Origin: Podarcis muralis
Lineage: Eukaryota
DNA length: 64,000 nucleotides
Assembly: GCF_964188315.1 (NCBI RefSeq)
Contig: NC_135662.1
Coordinates: 29,450,001-29,514,000, forward strand
Reading direction: 5' to 3'
Shown here one piece after another: positions 51,658-63,204 of this stretch. The position numbers and the translations under genes are program-made. The notes under the pieces were generated by a model. That model saw nothing but the letters and a program-made list of their open reading frames with translations. It was not told where the DNA came from and did not search any database. Every line of letters begins with the position of its first letter. Within the stretch, counting starts at the first letter, position 1.

Positions 51658-52032
51658 GGAGCAGGTGGCGCTGTAGTCTAGACCACTGAGCCTCTTAGGC
51701 TTGCTGATCAGAAGGTCAGCGGTTCAAAACCACACGACAGGGTGAGCTCCCATTGCTTTAGCCCAGCTTCTGCCAACCTATCAGTTCAAAAGCATACCAG
51801 TGCAAGTAGATAAATAGGTACTGCTATGGCGGGAAGGTAAATGGCCTTTCTGTGCGCTCCGTCACGGTGTTACGTTGTGCCAAAAGCGGTTTAGTCATGC
51901 TGACCACATGACCCGGAAAGCTGTCTGTGGACAAACACCGGTTCCCTCGGCCTGAAAGCGAGATGAGCGCCACACCCCATAGTCGCCTTTGACTGGACTT
52001 AACCATCCAGGGGTCCTTTACCTTTTACCTTT
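51658..52032 (+). mobile_element. Sauria SINE, older copy
   Basis: Full-length body, tail cctttaccttttaccttt, and 9-bp TSD ATAGCAGCA (51643-51651 and 52033-52041). Confidence 0.85.
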
Positions 52033-52062
52033 ATAGCAGCAAGTACCCCATTATTATCTCTA

Positions 52063-52310
52063 CAGTGGTACCTCTGGTTGCAAACAGAATCCGTACCGGA
52101 GGTCTGGCCGCATCCCGAGGAATTTGCAACTGGAGGACTGCTTCTGGGCATGCATGCAGCATGGTTTAGCGCTTCTGTGCATGTGCGTGGCACGTAGAGC
52201 GCTTCTGCGCATGCGCACAGGACAAAACACCGAAAAATACTTATGGGTTTGCCACATCCGCATCCCAAAGATTACATAACCAGAGGGAAATGTAAGCAGA
52301 GGTACAACTG
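52063..52310. mobile_element. Tc1/mariner-type MITE
   Basis: TA-CAGTGGTACCTCTGG...GAGGTACAACTG-TA. Confidence 0.8.
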
Positions 52311-53014
52311 TACTACTTTAAATTTAGCATAGGGACTTGTATGTACAGAGGAGAGAAAAGCACTCTGTACTTGGAAAACTGATATTGGCCTAGGTGCCTC
52401 CCTAATGTGCTAGCTTTTTTCATGCATCAAGCTTTGTGGGATTTATGTATGTTCAGAGTTGGGGAAGTACTTGATTGTCTGCTGTTTGGAATATATGGTT
52501 TGCCTCTTATTTAAATTCTCCCTAGCGTGTCTTTCATCCCAAAATGTAAACTGCAAACTCCACTGGACTTAACTTCAAGTTAGCCTTTACTGGATACCCT
52601 AAGTATATTATCATAACCCTTTAATCAACAGCTGCAGTTCACAGCCAGATTTGGGTAAGTAGCTTATTATACAGCCCGACTTCAAAGGGGCTTCTTGCTC
52701 AATAACACATTCCATCCGAATCTGGTAAGCTACAGCCACTGCCCCCTACACTGATTTGCATTCTGGTGCAAATATTCCTGGAAACTGGTGTGTCCGAAAG
52801 GAAAATGCTGAAATGCAAAATACACCTTTGCAATTAAGAATGTTCTTACATGCATGAAACTGTAACAAACTTAGTTTGCAAAAAGGAATTGTGTTCAATT
52901 TTGCAAAGTAAGCTTGTTCAAAGGGCATGTGTTTGTGTGTGCGGGTGACTGAGTATGAGTGATATGAAAGGCTGTCACTGAAGCAGCTTCCTTTAAGCCA
53001 ATTCCTTGAAATTA

Positions 53015-53020
53015 TTTATT
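53015..53020 (-). terminator. Polyadenylation signal of the minus-strand FABP gene
   Basis: AATAAA on the minus strand, about 90 nt downstream of the TGA at 53109. Confidence 0.6.
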
Positions 53021-53108
53021 TCAGTTCCACATAAGCGCTGTGCTCATTTATGTAACGCTAAACTAATATGCCGTAGGAAAAACAAGCTGAAATGGAAAGA
53101 TAATGTCT

Positions 53109-55153
53109 TCACACTCTTCCATAGACTCTGGTACAAATGATGTCATTCATGATACATTCCTAGCAAATGAAAAGAATAATAGGTTACAATCCATAGTCTT
53201 CAATCATCTTTATAGCAATGCTGGTGTCTTCTCAGTTGTTTCTATGTGTGGGGTTGTGATGCTGTTGCCAGTCACACTGGCCCAGTTTGCATGTTACATT
53301 AAACCATAGCTTATGACCAAGCAGCAGACCTGCACATGCTGTTGAAATCATGGACACACGAATCCTACCCTTCCTCATATACTTTGGGGGCTGTCTACTC
53401 ACTCCTTCTGTAACTGCCTCACAGAAAGGACATAGGGGTAGAATAGCAATTTGTTAACTTCAGAAGGGTGGTTGTCATAATACAATGCAGCTATCAAGGC
53501 TGTAGTGTCAAGAGCCAAGGAGAATGCTATTCTTCCCAATTTCTTCTTGTTTTTTCCCTTCCATGCTCCAGTCTGATGGGCGGGGAAGGTATACTATGTC
53601 CTAGTACTGGTGAAATCAACTTGATTGGGAAGAATAGCATTATCCTTGGCTCTTGACACTACAGCCTTGATTGCTGCAACTTTAAGCAAACAACAACAAC
53701 AACAGAACTGACTGCCTTAAAACCCCGGGTGAAACGTAATGAGCTGCCCTGCATAATCAGACCATTGGTCCATCTGGTTCAGTTCTGTCTCACACTGACT
53801 GGCAGGGACTTTCAGACAGAGGACCTTAGCAGCCCTAGCTGGCGATACTCAGGATTGAACCTGGAACTGTTTGAATGCTCCATAGGGTTGCTATATTCCC
53901 CCCAAACGTCAATTCCGCCTTTGAAATCCCTGTAATGTCCAACAGAATCCGGACATATGGCAGCCCTATCTTCCGCCACTGGACTATGGTCCTTCCCCTG
54001 GTCACATGGATGTATGAATGAAATGGAAAAAGCTTACCAACACCATAGTTCCATCTGCTATTTTTCGTTTGATGATAGTCTCGTTGCCATTCCACTTCTG
54101 CACTTGAATCAGAGTATCATTCTCTCTTGTTATAATGCTCTTAAAAATAATGATAAAAGTAAGAGTTATAAGGAGATGAATTTTTGGTTTTACCTGCTAT
54201 CTTTCTTCTCCCCCACCAACAGCAATATACTGTATTTATCTAATTGAAGTTCTGATTATTAGCAGACCCCTCTGTCAAGATACTGCACTTCCCACCATGG
54301 GAACCATTCCTAGGGGAAACAATAATATTCACCTTGGCACGCCTGTTATCCATTGTTATTTCCTCAAACTCTTGGTCTAGCTTGAAGGAAATCTCAGCAA
54401 CTTTAAAGACAGTCTCTGTTCTGATGGTGGCTACATCTTTGTCTGTGGTGATGATCATGGTGGGTTTGGCTAGGCTGGCCAGTTTCCTTTGGGCAAAACC
54501 TACTCCTGCAGATGAGAAGGAAAACAGAATTCCACCTTGGGAGACTGACATTACCCTGTCTCTCACCTAGGGCCACTCTCAACCATCTACCAACCCCATG
54601 AGTACACAATCCCTGGACCTTAACAAAGGCCCCCAAAATATGACCCAAAAGAAGAAGAAGAAAGCAAAAAACAGAGACAAAGAAAGGGGAAAGAAACAAG
54701 AAGATGGAAGGAGAGAGAAAGAGAAAATAGAAAAAGGAAAGGGAAAAAAGGAAAAGAAACATTAGAGAAAAATAAAAAGGACTTCTGATTCTCCATCTGC
54801 CAGTTACATAAAAACAGTGGGAGGAGAGTATTTAAGATATTCAGTCCATGATAACATCTATTTTCTGTTAAACAGTATTTCTTTTAAGCCAAAGTGCCTC
54901 AGACTCATTCTGAACAGTTTTCTTGTTGCCCCACTCCTTTCCCAGGGAAAACCTATTCTTTAGTGCTAAATCGGAGCAAACATCAATCCAGAGAAAATCT
55001 GCCGTTTCCTTGGATTGAATGCTAAAGAGCCATTTCCCCCAGGGGATAAGCCCTTAGTTTGTGACAAAATGTTTGCTTACCCAGTTCTTTCATATATTCA
55101 TCAAAATTTTCACTAGAGATGAGTTTCCAGGTTCCTGAGAACTGCTCAACCAT
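53109..55153 (-). CDS. Fatty acid-binding protein, FABP9/FABP12-like (FABP4/PMP2 subfamily), 132 aa
   Basis: Canonical FABP exons of 73/173/102/51 nt: 55153-55081, 54505-54333, 54139-54038 and 53159-53109, all GT-AG. Protein: [132 protein letters not shown]. Orthology is unresolved, so no symbol is given. Confidence 0.95.
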
Positions 55154-55469
55154 TATGTAAGAGTGATGGGGGGGAAATCCTCGTGAGTACTGCTGTATGG
55201 GGAAACATGATGATATTTTTTTGTAGGAAAAAGGTAGCTTTTGGCGGGCCAGCTCCAGATTTTTTTATGCCCTTGGCATGTTCAGACAGGGAGTTAGTTG
55301 CTACAGAATGTCGTCTCCTGGGCTGCCACCTGCCAAACTTATAAGGGTGGTGGGACTACCTAGAAGGTCCCTCTGCTGATCTGAGAGGGTATCTCAAATA
55401 TTTGGGGCCTCAGTCATTTAGACCTTTAAATAGTTGGGTTGCCTAGGGGTTCACTACTATCTCTCATCA

Positions 55470-55772
55470 ACTGATGACATATCCTACTACATTTCTCCGA
55501 TGAAAATAGGGACGTCCCAGTCCATAGTGATAATTTTACTATTTATACCCCACACATCCTACTGGCTTGCCCCAGCCACTCTGGGCAGCTTCCACCATAC
55601 ATAAAAACACAATAAAACAGTAAACATTTTTTTAAAAAACTTCCCTATAGAGGAAGCTTGGGGATCGGATAACTCCATATCCTCCAGCATTTCTCCAATG
55701 AAAATAGGGACAGCCTAAGGAAAAGTGGGACATTCCAGGATCAAATCAGAAACCAGGACGGCTTTTCTAAAT
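55470..55772. mobile_element. hAT-like (GGGAC-repeat) MITE fragments flanking an L2 tail
   Basis: atatcct..catttctcc.atgaaaatagggac occurs twice (about 55470 and 55677). Between the copies is a minus-strand L2 tail (ccccagccactctgggcagcttcc). Confidence 0.55.
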
Positions 55773-56395
55773 CAGGGACGTCCCTGGAAAAAAGGGACAC
55801 TTGGAGGGTCTGTGATGATGCTTCTCCTCGCTGCCAGCACATTTCCCTCCTCCTGCCTCTTCAGGCCCAATGTTCAAGGAGGAGGAAAACAGGAAACAGC
55901 ACTGCTGCTGTTCACTCATCTATTTGCTCACACTTTTCCCCTGGGCCTGATGCATGCAACTTGCATGTTTCAGCCTGGCAGAAGCTAGCTGCAAATTATA
56001 GCACTGACACTCTGTGTGGTCTGTCCTCCTCCGCTCCTCACTCCCCATTAACTTCCTTCTCTAGGGCCTGTCCTCGTGACATCACCAGGAGCATCTTGCC
56101 ATAACATGGCCAGGGCCCATCCCTAGGTCTCAGATTTGGGCCCTGAAATCTCAGGGTCTGAGATGCCCTTGACCTGGCAACCCTAGTGGCCTGCAGGCCT
56201 CTTCCAGGTCCTTCCTTTTAATGGTTCTTTATCTTTAAGCTGGCATTGGATCAGTTTTTCACACTGAGGGCTCCTTCAAAGAGAGGACAATGCCTCTAAA
56301 AATCAGGCCACATTATAGACACACACGGCCTAATCATTGCAAATAATCCATTTATTTTTTTTTACTGGGCCTTCCCTCTCTTTAGCAGCTGTATA

Positions 56396-56753
56396 AAAAG
56401 GTAAAGGTACCCCTGCCCGTACGGGCCAGTCTTGACAGACTCTGGGGTTGTGCGCCCATCTCACTCAAGAGGCCGGGGGCCAGCGCTGTCCGCAGACACT
56501 TCCGGGTCACGTGGCCAGCGTGACAAGCTGCATCTGGCAAGCCAACGCAGCACACGGAACGCCGTTTACCTTCCCGCTGGTAAGCGGTCCCTATTTATCT
56601 ACTTGCACCCGGGGGTGCTTTCGAACTGCTAGGTTGGCAGGCGCTGGGACCGAGCAGCGGGAGCGCACCCCGCCGCGGGGATTTGAACCGCCGACCTTTC
56701 GATCGGCAAGCCCTAGGCGCTGAGGCTTTTACCCACAGCGCCACCAGCGTCCC
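56396..56753 (-). mobile_element. Sauria SINE, CpG-rich subfamily
   Basis: Diagnostic cccgtacgggc and taagcggtccc motifs, with 13-bp TSD TAGCAGCTGTATA (56383-56395 and 56754-56766). Confidence 0.92.
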
Positions 56754-58335
56754 TAGCAGCTGTATAGCAGGCAATAATTCAACTGGTGAGGAACCGCCCC
56801 GTCAGTTGCATGCATATGCCGGAGGAAAGTAGCATTTGTTGGGTTTCTGCCTGTTATGTAGCTTGAGTAGAAAACTTGCTCTGGGGTAGAGGTGCAGAAG
56901 GTGGCAGGCCCATCCCGAAAGCATGGAAAAGAAAAGTGCTTGCAAATAAGTAGATAGATAGAAGCAATTTCAATCAAAGCAAATCATGTACTTGAAAAGG
57001 TCAGTGTTTCCCCAGAAACCTTTTTTAAAAGTTCACAGCTTACCTATACAGATATATTATCCTTAATACTGAGATTGCCAACACGGTGCTAAAGCCTTAT
57101 GGCTTCAAAACCTGAAATATTTCCAGGGTCAAAAGGGGCCCAAGGACTTTTTCTTTCTGGGTAGGTGACATTCTAGAAAGGTGATGGATAGAAACTTTGT
57201 GTTAGTAGTACAGAGCGTTGGCAGGTTAAATGCTTGTAAGCTAATGAGGGTATCCTCATGTGTTCTTAAATCTCACCCTGAAGTGAAATTTCAATCCAGT
57301 TACTCAATCTCTCCCTTTCCTTCTCTCCACCCACCCTAAACAGCCATGACACTTGGTACAGTCCTCTAATAGACTGAAAAGTGCAGCTAGATAAAAAAAA
57401 TGTCCGATACAAAACGCAGCAGGGAAGCAAAGCTAAAGTTGCTTTCTGGCCCCTGCGTGTCAGTGCACTTCAAATACTACATGTATTAGCAGAGAAAGTT
57501 GCTCTGGAAGTTTTGAAGGTTAATAAGAAAGCTGTGTGAGATAAAATGGTCATTACTGCTCCTTACCAGCATTTTCACAGAAGGAAACCACAATGATTAC
57601 ACTTAGGTCAAAGCAGAATAAATGAAAGAGAAAATAACTTCCACTGTGCAGTTGGATGCAAAATTTAGAGCTGGAAAAATGTGCCGTTAGAAAGCAACTG
57701 GCAATTGGAAAAATGGGCAGGGGCTGGGGATTATGACCCAATGTCAGGGACCACATGTACACAAATATAGGGCAGAATGCTTCAAAACAAACTGCCTAAA
57801 CTATGTGAAAGTACCATCATCTTCTGGGCCAGAACCTTCTCTTCTTCACCTACATCTTTGGGCAGGTAGCACTTTTCACATCTTTGTAAATAGTCTCAAA
57901 GTCCACCTGTTTGGGCCTGTTAGTTAATGAACTAAGGCAGAATCATAAATGAATCTTCACTGTACTGTAAATAAGCACTGACTGTTATGGAGAAATTGCC
58001 GCAGATACAGGGTGTAAGCAAGGAGCAGAACACAATTTATGTTGGTTCAGCTTCTTATTAGTGTGGAGTGTCTGATGGGGAATTTGAGCAGCTGGAAAAC
58101 CTGCTTTACTAAAAACAATTCTGCATTCAGTTAAGAAGCGGGTCAAGTTTGGATGCACAACTGATGCAATGTTGATGTAAAAAGCTATCCATTTGACACA
58201 AAACAATCCAAACAAACCTTTTTAACACCAGCAATGACTTCGCTATTATAGTGTCCCTTGTGGCTGTTACCTTTCTCCAGGCTGTGGGAATACTTCATGC
58301 CACTGTTGAATTTCTGCCTACTACTGTGTATAAAG

Positions 58336-58699
58336 GGACGCGGGTGGCGCTGTGGGTAAAAGCCTCAGCGCCTAGGACTTGCCGATCACATGGTCGGCGG
58401 TTCGAATCCCTGCGCCGGGGTGCGCTCCCGTTGCTCGGTCCCAGCGCCTGCCAACCTAGCAGTTCGAAAGCACCCTCGGGTGCAAGTAGATAAATAGGGA
58501 CCGCTTACCAGCGGGAAGGTAAACAGCGTTTCCGTGTGTGCTGTGCTGGCTCGCCAGATGCGGCTTTGTCACGCTGGCCACGTGACCCGGAAGTGTCTGC
58601 GGACAGCACTGGCTCCCGGCCTCTAGAGTGAGATGAGCGCACAACCCTAGAGTCTGTCAAGACTGGCCCGTACGGGCAGGGGTACCTTTACCTTTACCT
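58336..58699 (+). mobile_element. Sauria SINE, same CpG-rich subfamily
   Basis: Same diagnostic motifs, (ACCTTT)n tail, and 14-bp TSD TACTGTGTATAAAG (58322-58335 and 58700-58713). Confidence 0.92.
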
Positions 58700-60006
58700 T
58701 ACTGTGTATAAAGTTGAAAAAAGGAGAGGGTCAGTTAGAACAAGGAAACTTCAACTCCTTTTATCACCCATTTGTTTGCATCTGATATTTGCAATATCTG
58801 CCTCATTGTAAGATGATACCAATGAAAGTTGCATACTGTATTTGGTAGTTTGATCTCCTGTGGTGTCTCTGTACTATAAAGTTTCTGTCAACTTTAAGCT
58901 AGACTGGCAACCATCTTGCAGTAGCAAAGGTAATCTAACTCATTTGCTGAACTGTTCAAGAGGAAGCCTGCAACAATGTTGCCCTTCCTAATTACTTGTA
59001 ATTAAAAGCAGGAACGTCAAATACAAAGCAGCTGTAGGATAGAAATCCTGATAGCCAGGAAAAAGGAAACACCTGAGTTTGTGTTGTAATGTATCTCCAG
59101 TCTAAGCAGAAAATGTCTTGTTTACGTCTCCAGTGTATTCCTGCTGTTTATCAATTTTTCCAAGATGAAGATCAAACTTTGTGAAGTTCCTTTTTCTTAG
59201 CTGTAGGCGGTTTAATGTCAGTTCTTACAGAACGATTAGTTATATTTTTTAGAATAATATTCAACAGGACATTGACTAGCAGGGTTTTTAGAACTCTTAA
59301 AGATCTTTGTCATTGTATTAGCAAAGCTTAGCTGCAAATCATGCCTGAAATCAGCCTCAGTTCAGATTAAGTCCAAGAAAACCACCAGTCCTGAAACAAC
59401 ATAACAACAAAACAACAACAAGAGTTGCTACAGAGCTTCAAGATGAGTATGACTCCAGCCTACCATTTTAAGGAGCAAGCAGGAGCCTGGCTTGCCCAGC
59501 AAACCTGTTTCCCAGGAAGCAATCTTTGCAACGCCTGTTTAGATGTCTGGAACATTGTGGCATGACTTTGCCACCTACTCCCAGTCCATGCCAAGCTTGG
59601 TTTATGTACCTGCATAAAGCACTGAGTTCAACTTTTGACTCATAAATTACTTTCATGTGGATTACTAGCTGGGTTGTGAATCATGTTGCGCAGTGGTAGA
59701 TTCTGGAAGGCAGAAAGGACAAGACCTTTCCAACAGCTGCCCTATATGAAATACCATAAACTGAAGTCCTTGAGCTTCAGTCACCACTGCCTGAATGTCA
59801 GGAAAGCATAGAAGAGGCAGAATTGGTATGTTCTGCCTATTACAACTGGGGGAGTTTAGAGGAACTCCTTCATATATTCAAATAATGATGGGGGACTGTG
59901 TGGGCTAGCCCTCTGTTGCCACCATGCCTACACTGGCAATACATGTGGCAGTCATGTGCCCACCATCTGCACACTTGGCACACATTGTCTGCCAAAATAC
60001 ATGTGT

Positions 60007-60209
60007 GGAGCTCCTGGATAGCTCAGCTGATAGAGCATGGTGCTGATAACGTCAAGGTTTCAGATTTGATCCTTTTATGTGACAGCTGCATATTCCTGTA
60101 TTGCAGGGGTTGAAATAGATCAATAATAATAATAATAATAAATAATAATAATAATAATACCCCACCCAACGGGCTGGGTTTCCCCAGTCACTCTGGGCGG
60201 CTCCCAACA

Positions 60210-60252
<43 letters not shown>

Positions 60253-60595
60253 GCGATAAAACATCAAACATTTAAAACTTCCCTAAACAGGGCTGCCTTC
60301 AGATGTCTTCTAAAAGTCAGATAGTTGCTTATTTCCTTGACATCTGATGGGAGGGCGTTCCACAGGGCAGACGCCACTACTGAGAAGGCCCTCTGCCTGG
60401 TTCCCTGTAGCTTCACTTCTCGCAGTAAGGGAACTGCCAGAAGGCCCTAGGAGCTGAACCTCAGTGTCCGGGCTGAATGATGAAGGTGGAGACACGCCTT
60501 CAGGTATACTGGGCTGAGGCTTTAAAAGTCAGCACTGACACTTTGAATTGTGACACTCAGGGTCTTCCAACTCTAGAATTCTATGATTCTATGAT
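60007..60595 (+). mobile_element. tRNA-derived SINE with CR1-like tail, split by a nested L2 3' fragment (-, about 60122-60550)
   Basis: The head and body (60007-60121) match 25694. The tail tcagggtcttccaactctagaattctatgattctatgat resumes near 60555. Between them is a reverse-oriented L2 end with two (AAT)n tracts. Confidence 0.8.
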
Positions 60596-61268
60596 CTACT
60601 TACATGGAGGAGCTGTCTGTGCATGCATAGAACCCTTATCACATGAAGAAAACGGGCAACACATGACCTCATGTGTGAAGTGTTTATCTGACCACCCTGA
60701 CTGTGCTTTCTGGGAACTGCAGCTACACTTCCCAGCACTCTTAACAAACTACAGTTCCCAGTATTCTTTTTTTGGGGGGGGGGGGTGCTTTAAAATGTGT
60801 AGTGTGTACACAGCCTTCATAATGAGAAAAGCTTTGTTTGTTGAATATCTTCCCGTCATGAAGCTGATAAATTCACTGGAGTCCTGCCAAGAAAAAAGAA
60901 AAACCAGAACCCTACTCCTGTAAGGCTCTCCCAAGGGCCACGTAAACAAGAGCTGCTTGTCACAAAGAATAATAGAATAATTTCCCTCTATAAAAGCCCA
61001 GCTGTATAACTGAAAACTCATTTCCCCTCTTAAATGGGCAAAGAAGCAAGAGTCAAAGCTAGGAGCCAGCGAGAGGGAGGAAATGAAGGAACAAAGTTCA
61101 AAAAAAGACTGATTCCTTTCAAAAATGAGTGAAAGGTTGAATAATATTGTTAGGCGGCCTCAAAGGTCTCTCACCATCTAGCTTAAAGCAACACCAGTGC
61201 TATACACTAAAAGCACTGTGAAACTATTTCAACAAGCGTGAATTTCCCTAAAGAATCCAAGGTACTGT

Positions 61269-61439
61269 CAGTGGCGTAGCGTGGGTTGTCAGCACCCAGG
61301 GCAAGGCAAGTAATTTGCGCCCCCTAACCCGTGAATTTGCGCTCCCTAACCCGTGGATTTGCGCCCCCTAACCCGTGGATTTGCCCTAACCCCAGATGTT
61401 GCGGCCGGCCCCCCCTGCACCCCCCACGCTACGCCACTG
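61269..61439. mobile_element. hAT MITE with a 22-bp internal tandem repeat containing CCCTAACCC
   Basis: Perfect 17-bp TIR CAGTGGCGTAGCGTGGG / CCCACGCTACGCCACTG, perfect 8-bp TSD GGTACTGT (61261-61268 and 61440-61447), and about 3.5 copies of ATTTGCGCCCCCTAACCCGTGG. Confidence 0.9.
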
Positions 61440-61890
61440 GGTACTGTGCTTTGTTAAGGGTGCTGCTAAGACAAAAGCAAGGACTGCTTCAATCAGCACA
61501 TCGTCAGACTCTGGAACTGGCTTCTCCAAGATTCTGTTCACATATAAAGGAGAAGCTACCTAACTTGCATGTTCCAAAACAATGTGCAACCCAAAACACA
61601 GAAATCCTTTGAAATTTGCACATTTTTGCAGTGCAGTTTTTCAGCCCAGTATTGTACCAAAAAATAATAATAAAATCATATACTATAAAAATGCATTTAT
61701 TAGGGGAAATACCGTAACACAAAAATCTATATTAGGGGAAATTGCATGCCAAAGCATGCATATTTGGCAAAATCACATAGGTTTGGAAAAATGAGAAATT
61801 GAGAGAAACCAAATTACAGTTTTGCCCATCCCTAGCAAGAACAATTCTTCCTTTTCTTTTCTATTTGCATTTGTCCATAACAGCATAAAT

Positions 61891-62026
61891 CAGGCATAGG
61901 CAAACTCGGCCCTCCAGATGTTTTGAGACTACAAGTCCCATCATCCCTGACCACTGGTCCTGTTAGCAAGGGATGTTGGGAGTTGTAGTCCCAAAACATC
62001 TGGAGGGCCGAGTTTGCCTATGCCTG
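61891..62026. mobile_element. Palindromic hAT MITE (136 bp)
   Basis: CAGGCATAGGCAAACTCGGCCCTCCAGATGTTTT and its exact inverse, with a perfect 8-bp TSD GCATAAAT (61883-61890 and 62027-62034). Confidence 0.92.
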
Positions 62027-62167
62027 GCATAAATCCTAATCAGTGACATGTTTGATTTGTCCATTGATTTCACCAGATCTGTTCTGAGTGTGAACTGAGT
62101 GTGAATTAAAGGAGACAAGCCAGTTTAAGCTTCCAGTTCTATGCACACACATACAATGGAGTAAGTA

Positions 62168-62411
62168 AGGTAAAGATAAAGGGACCCCTGACCATTAGGT
62201 CCGGTCGTGGCCGACTCTGGGGTTGCGGTGCTCATCTCGCTTTATTGGCCGAGGGAGCCAGCGTACAGCTTCCAGGTCATGTGGCCAGCATGACTAAGGT
62301 GCTCCTGGCAAACCAGAGCAGCACACGGAAACGCCGTTTACCTTCCCGCCGGAGCTGTACCTACTTATCTGCTTGCACTTTGACGTGCTTTCAAACTGCT
62401 AGGTTGGCAGG
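62168..62411 (-). mobile_element. 5'-truncated Sauria SINE
   Basis: Lacks the tRNA head but is bounded by a 13-bp TSD AATGGAGTAAGTA (62155-62167 and 62412-62424), so it was truncated at insertion. Confidence 0.9.
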
Positions 62412-63204
62412 AATGGAGTAAGTACCATGCTAAAATTTCAGTGGGACAAAGTTTGGAGTAAGAATGCATAGGGTCTAGCCGTATGAGTGCACTTCTGAAA
62501 CTACTCACCCATGAATGGGCCTATGAACTTTAGTAGGCTAAGGCTGCAATCCTGTGCATATTTAGTAAGGAGTAAATCCCTCTGAACTGAATTTGGTCTT
62601 ACCTTTGAATAGACATGCACAGGACTGTAATGTGAATCAGCGTGACATGAGAGTTGATTGCATTCATTTTCTCATAGCCACTCTGATTCAAAAATCACTC
62701 CCATAACATTTACATGATATTGTAATAAGAATCTTTTGATTATCCAAGCTGCCACATCTGAGCAGCTTTGAAGATCACAGTCTTTGATCCACCTACCCAA
62801 GAGCAACTAAAGCAGCTCTTCTACCACCATGCATTTAAAGTTTTGGCATGCACCATTTAAGACAACTCAAGTATTTCTATGCTGCTGAGTTATGGAAGAA
62901 GATAGCACTGTGGGCCCCACTATCTTCTGAATGAACCATGCACAGGATTCCTCTGTTAGTAATTGTGAGTGTGTAATCATGTGGTGGCGAGGAGTCATTA
63001 CTAAATCAATGCAGAATAAAGGTTACAATATTTCCTCCCCAACCAGGAAAATTAATTAGGATGCAACAGCAGAAATTGCCACAGACACTCAAGCACAATA
63101 ATTAAGTGCTGACAATACAGTGATTTATATTGCAGTGACTAATAGTACTATGACCCACTGAGAAAGGAAGAAACTCTGGTAATTGGAGTCCTTGAGAGTC
63201 TCTG

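Noticed and set aside
51658-56753. Hypothesis that the oppositely oriented Sauria SINEs at 51658 (+) and 56396 (-) recombined to invert the FABP gene
   Set aside because: Each SINE keeps its own matching TSD on both sides and they belong to different subfamilies. Recombination between them would have swapped the flanks.
57601-57617. PPRE-like DR1 (ACTT AGGTCA A AGCAGA) near the inverted FABP
   Set aside because: The second half-site is poor and the motif overlaps the candidate splice acceptor. It cannot be distinguished from chance.
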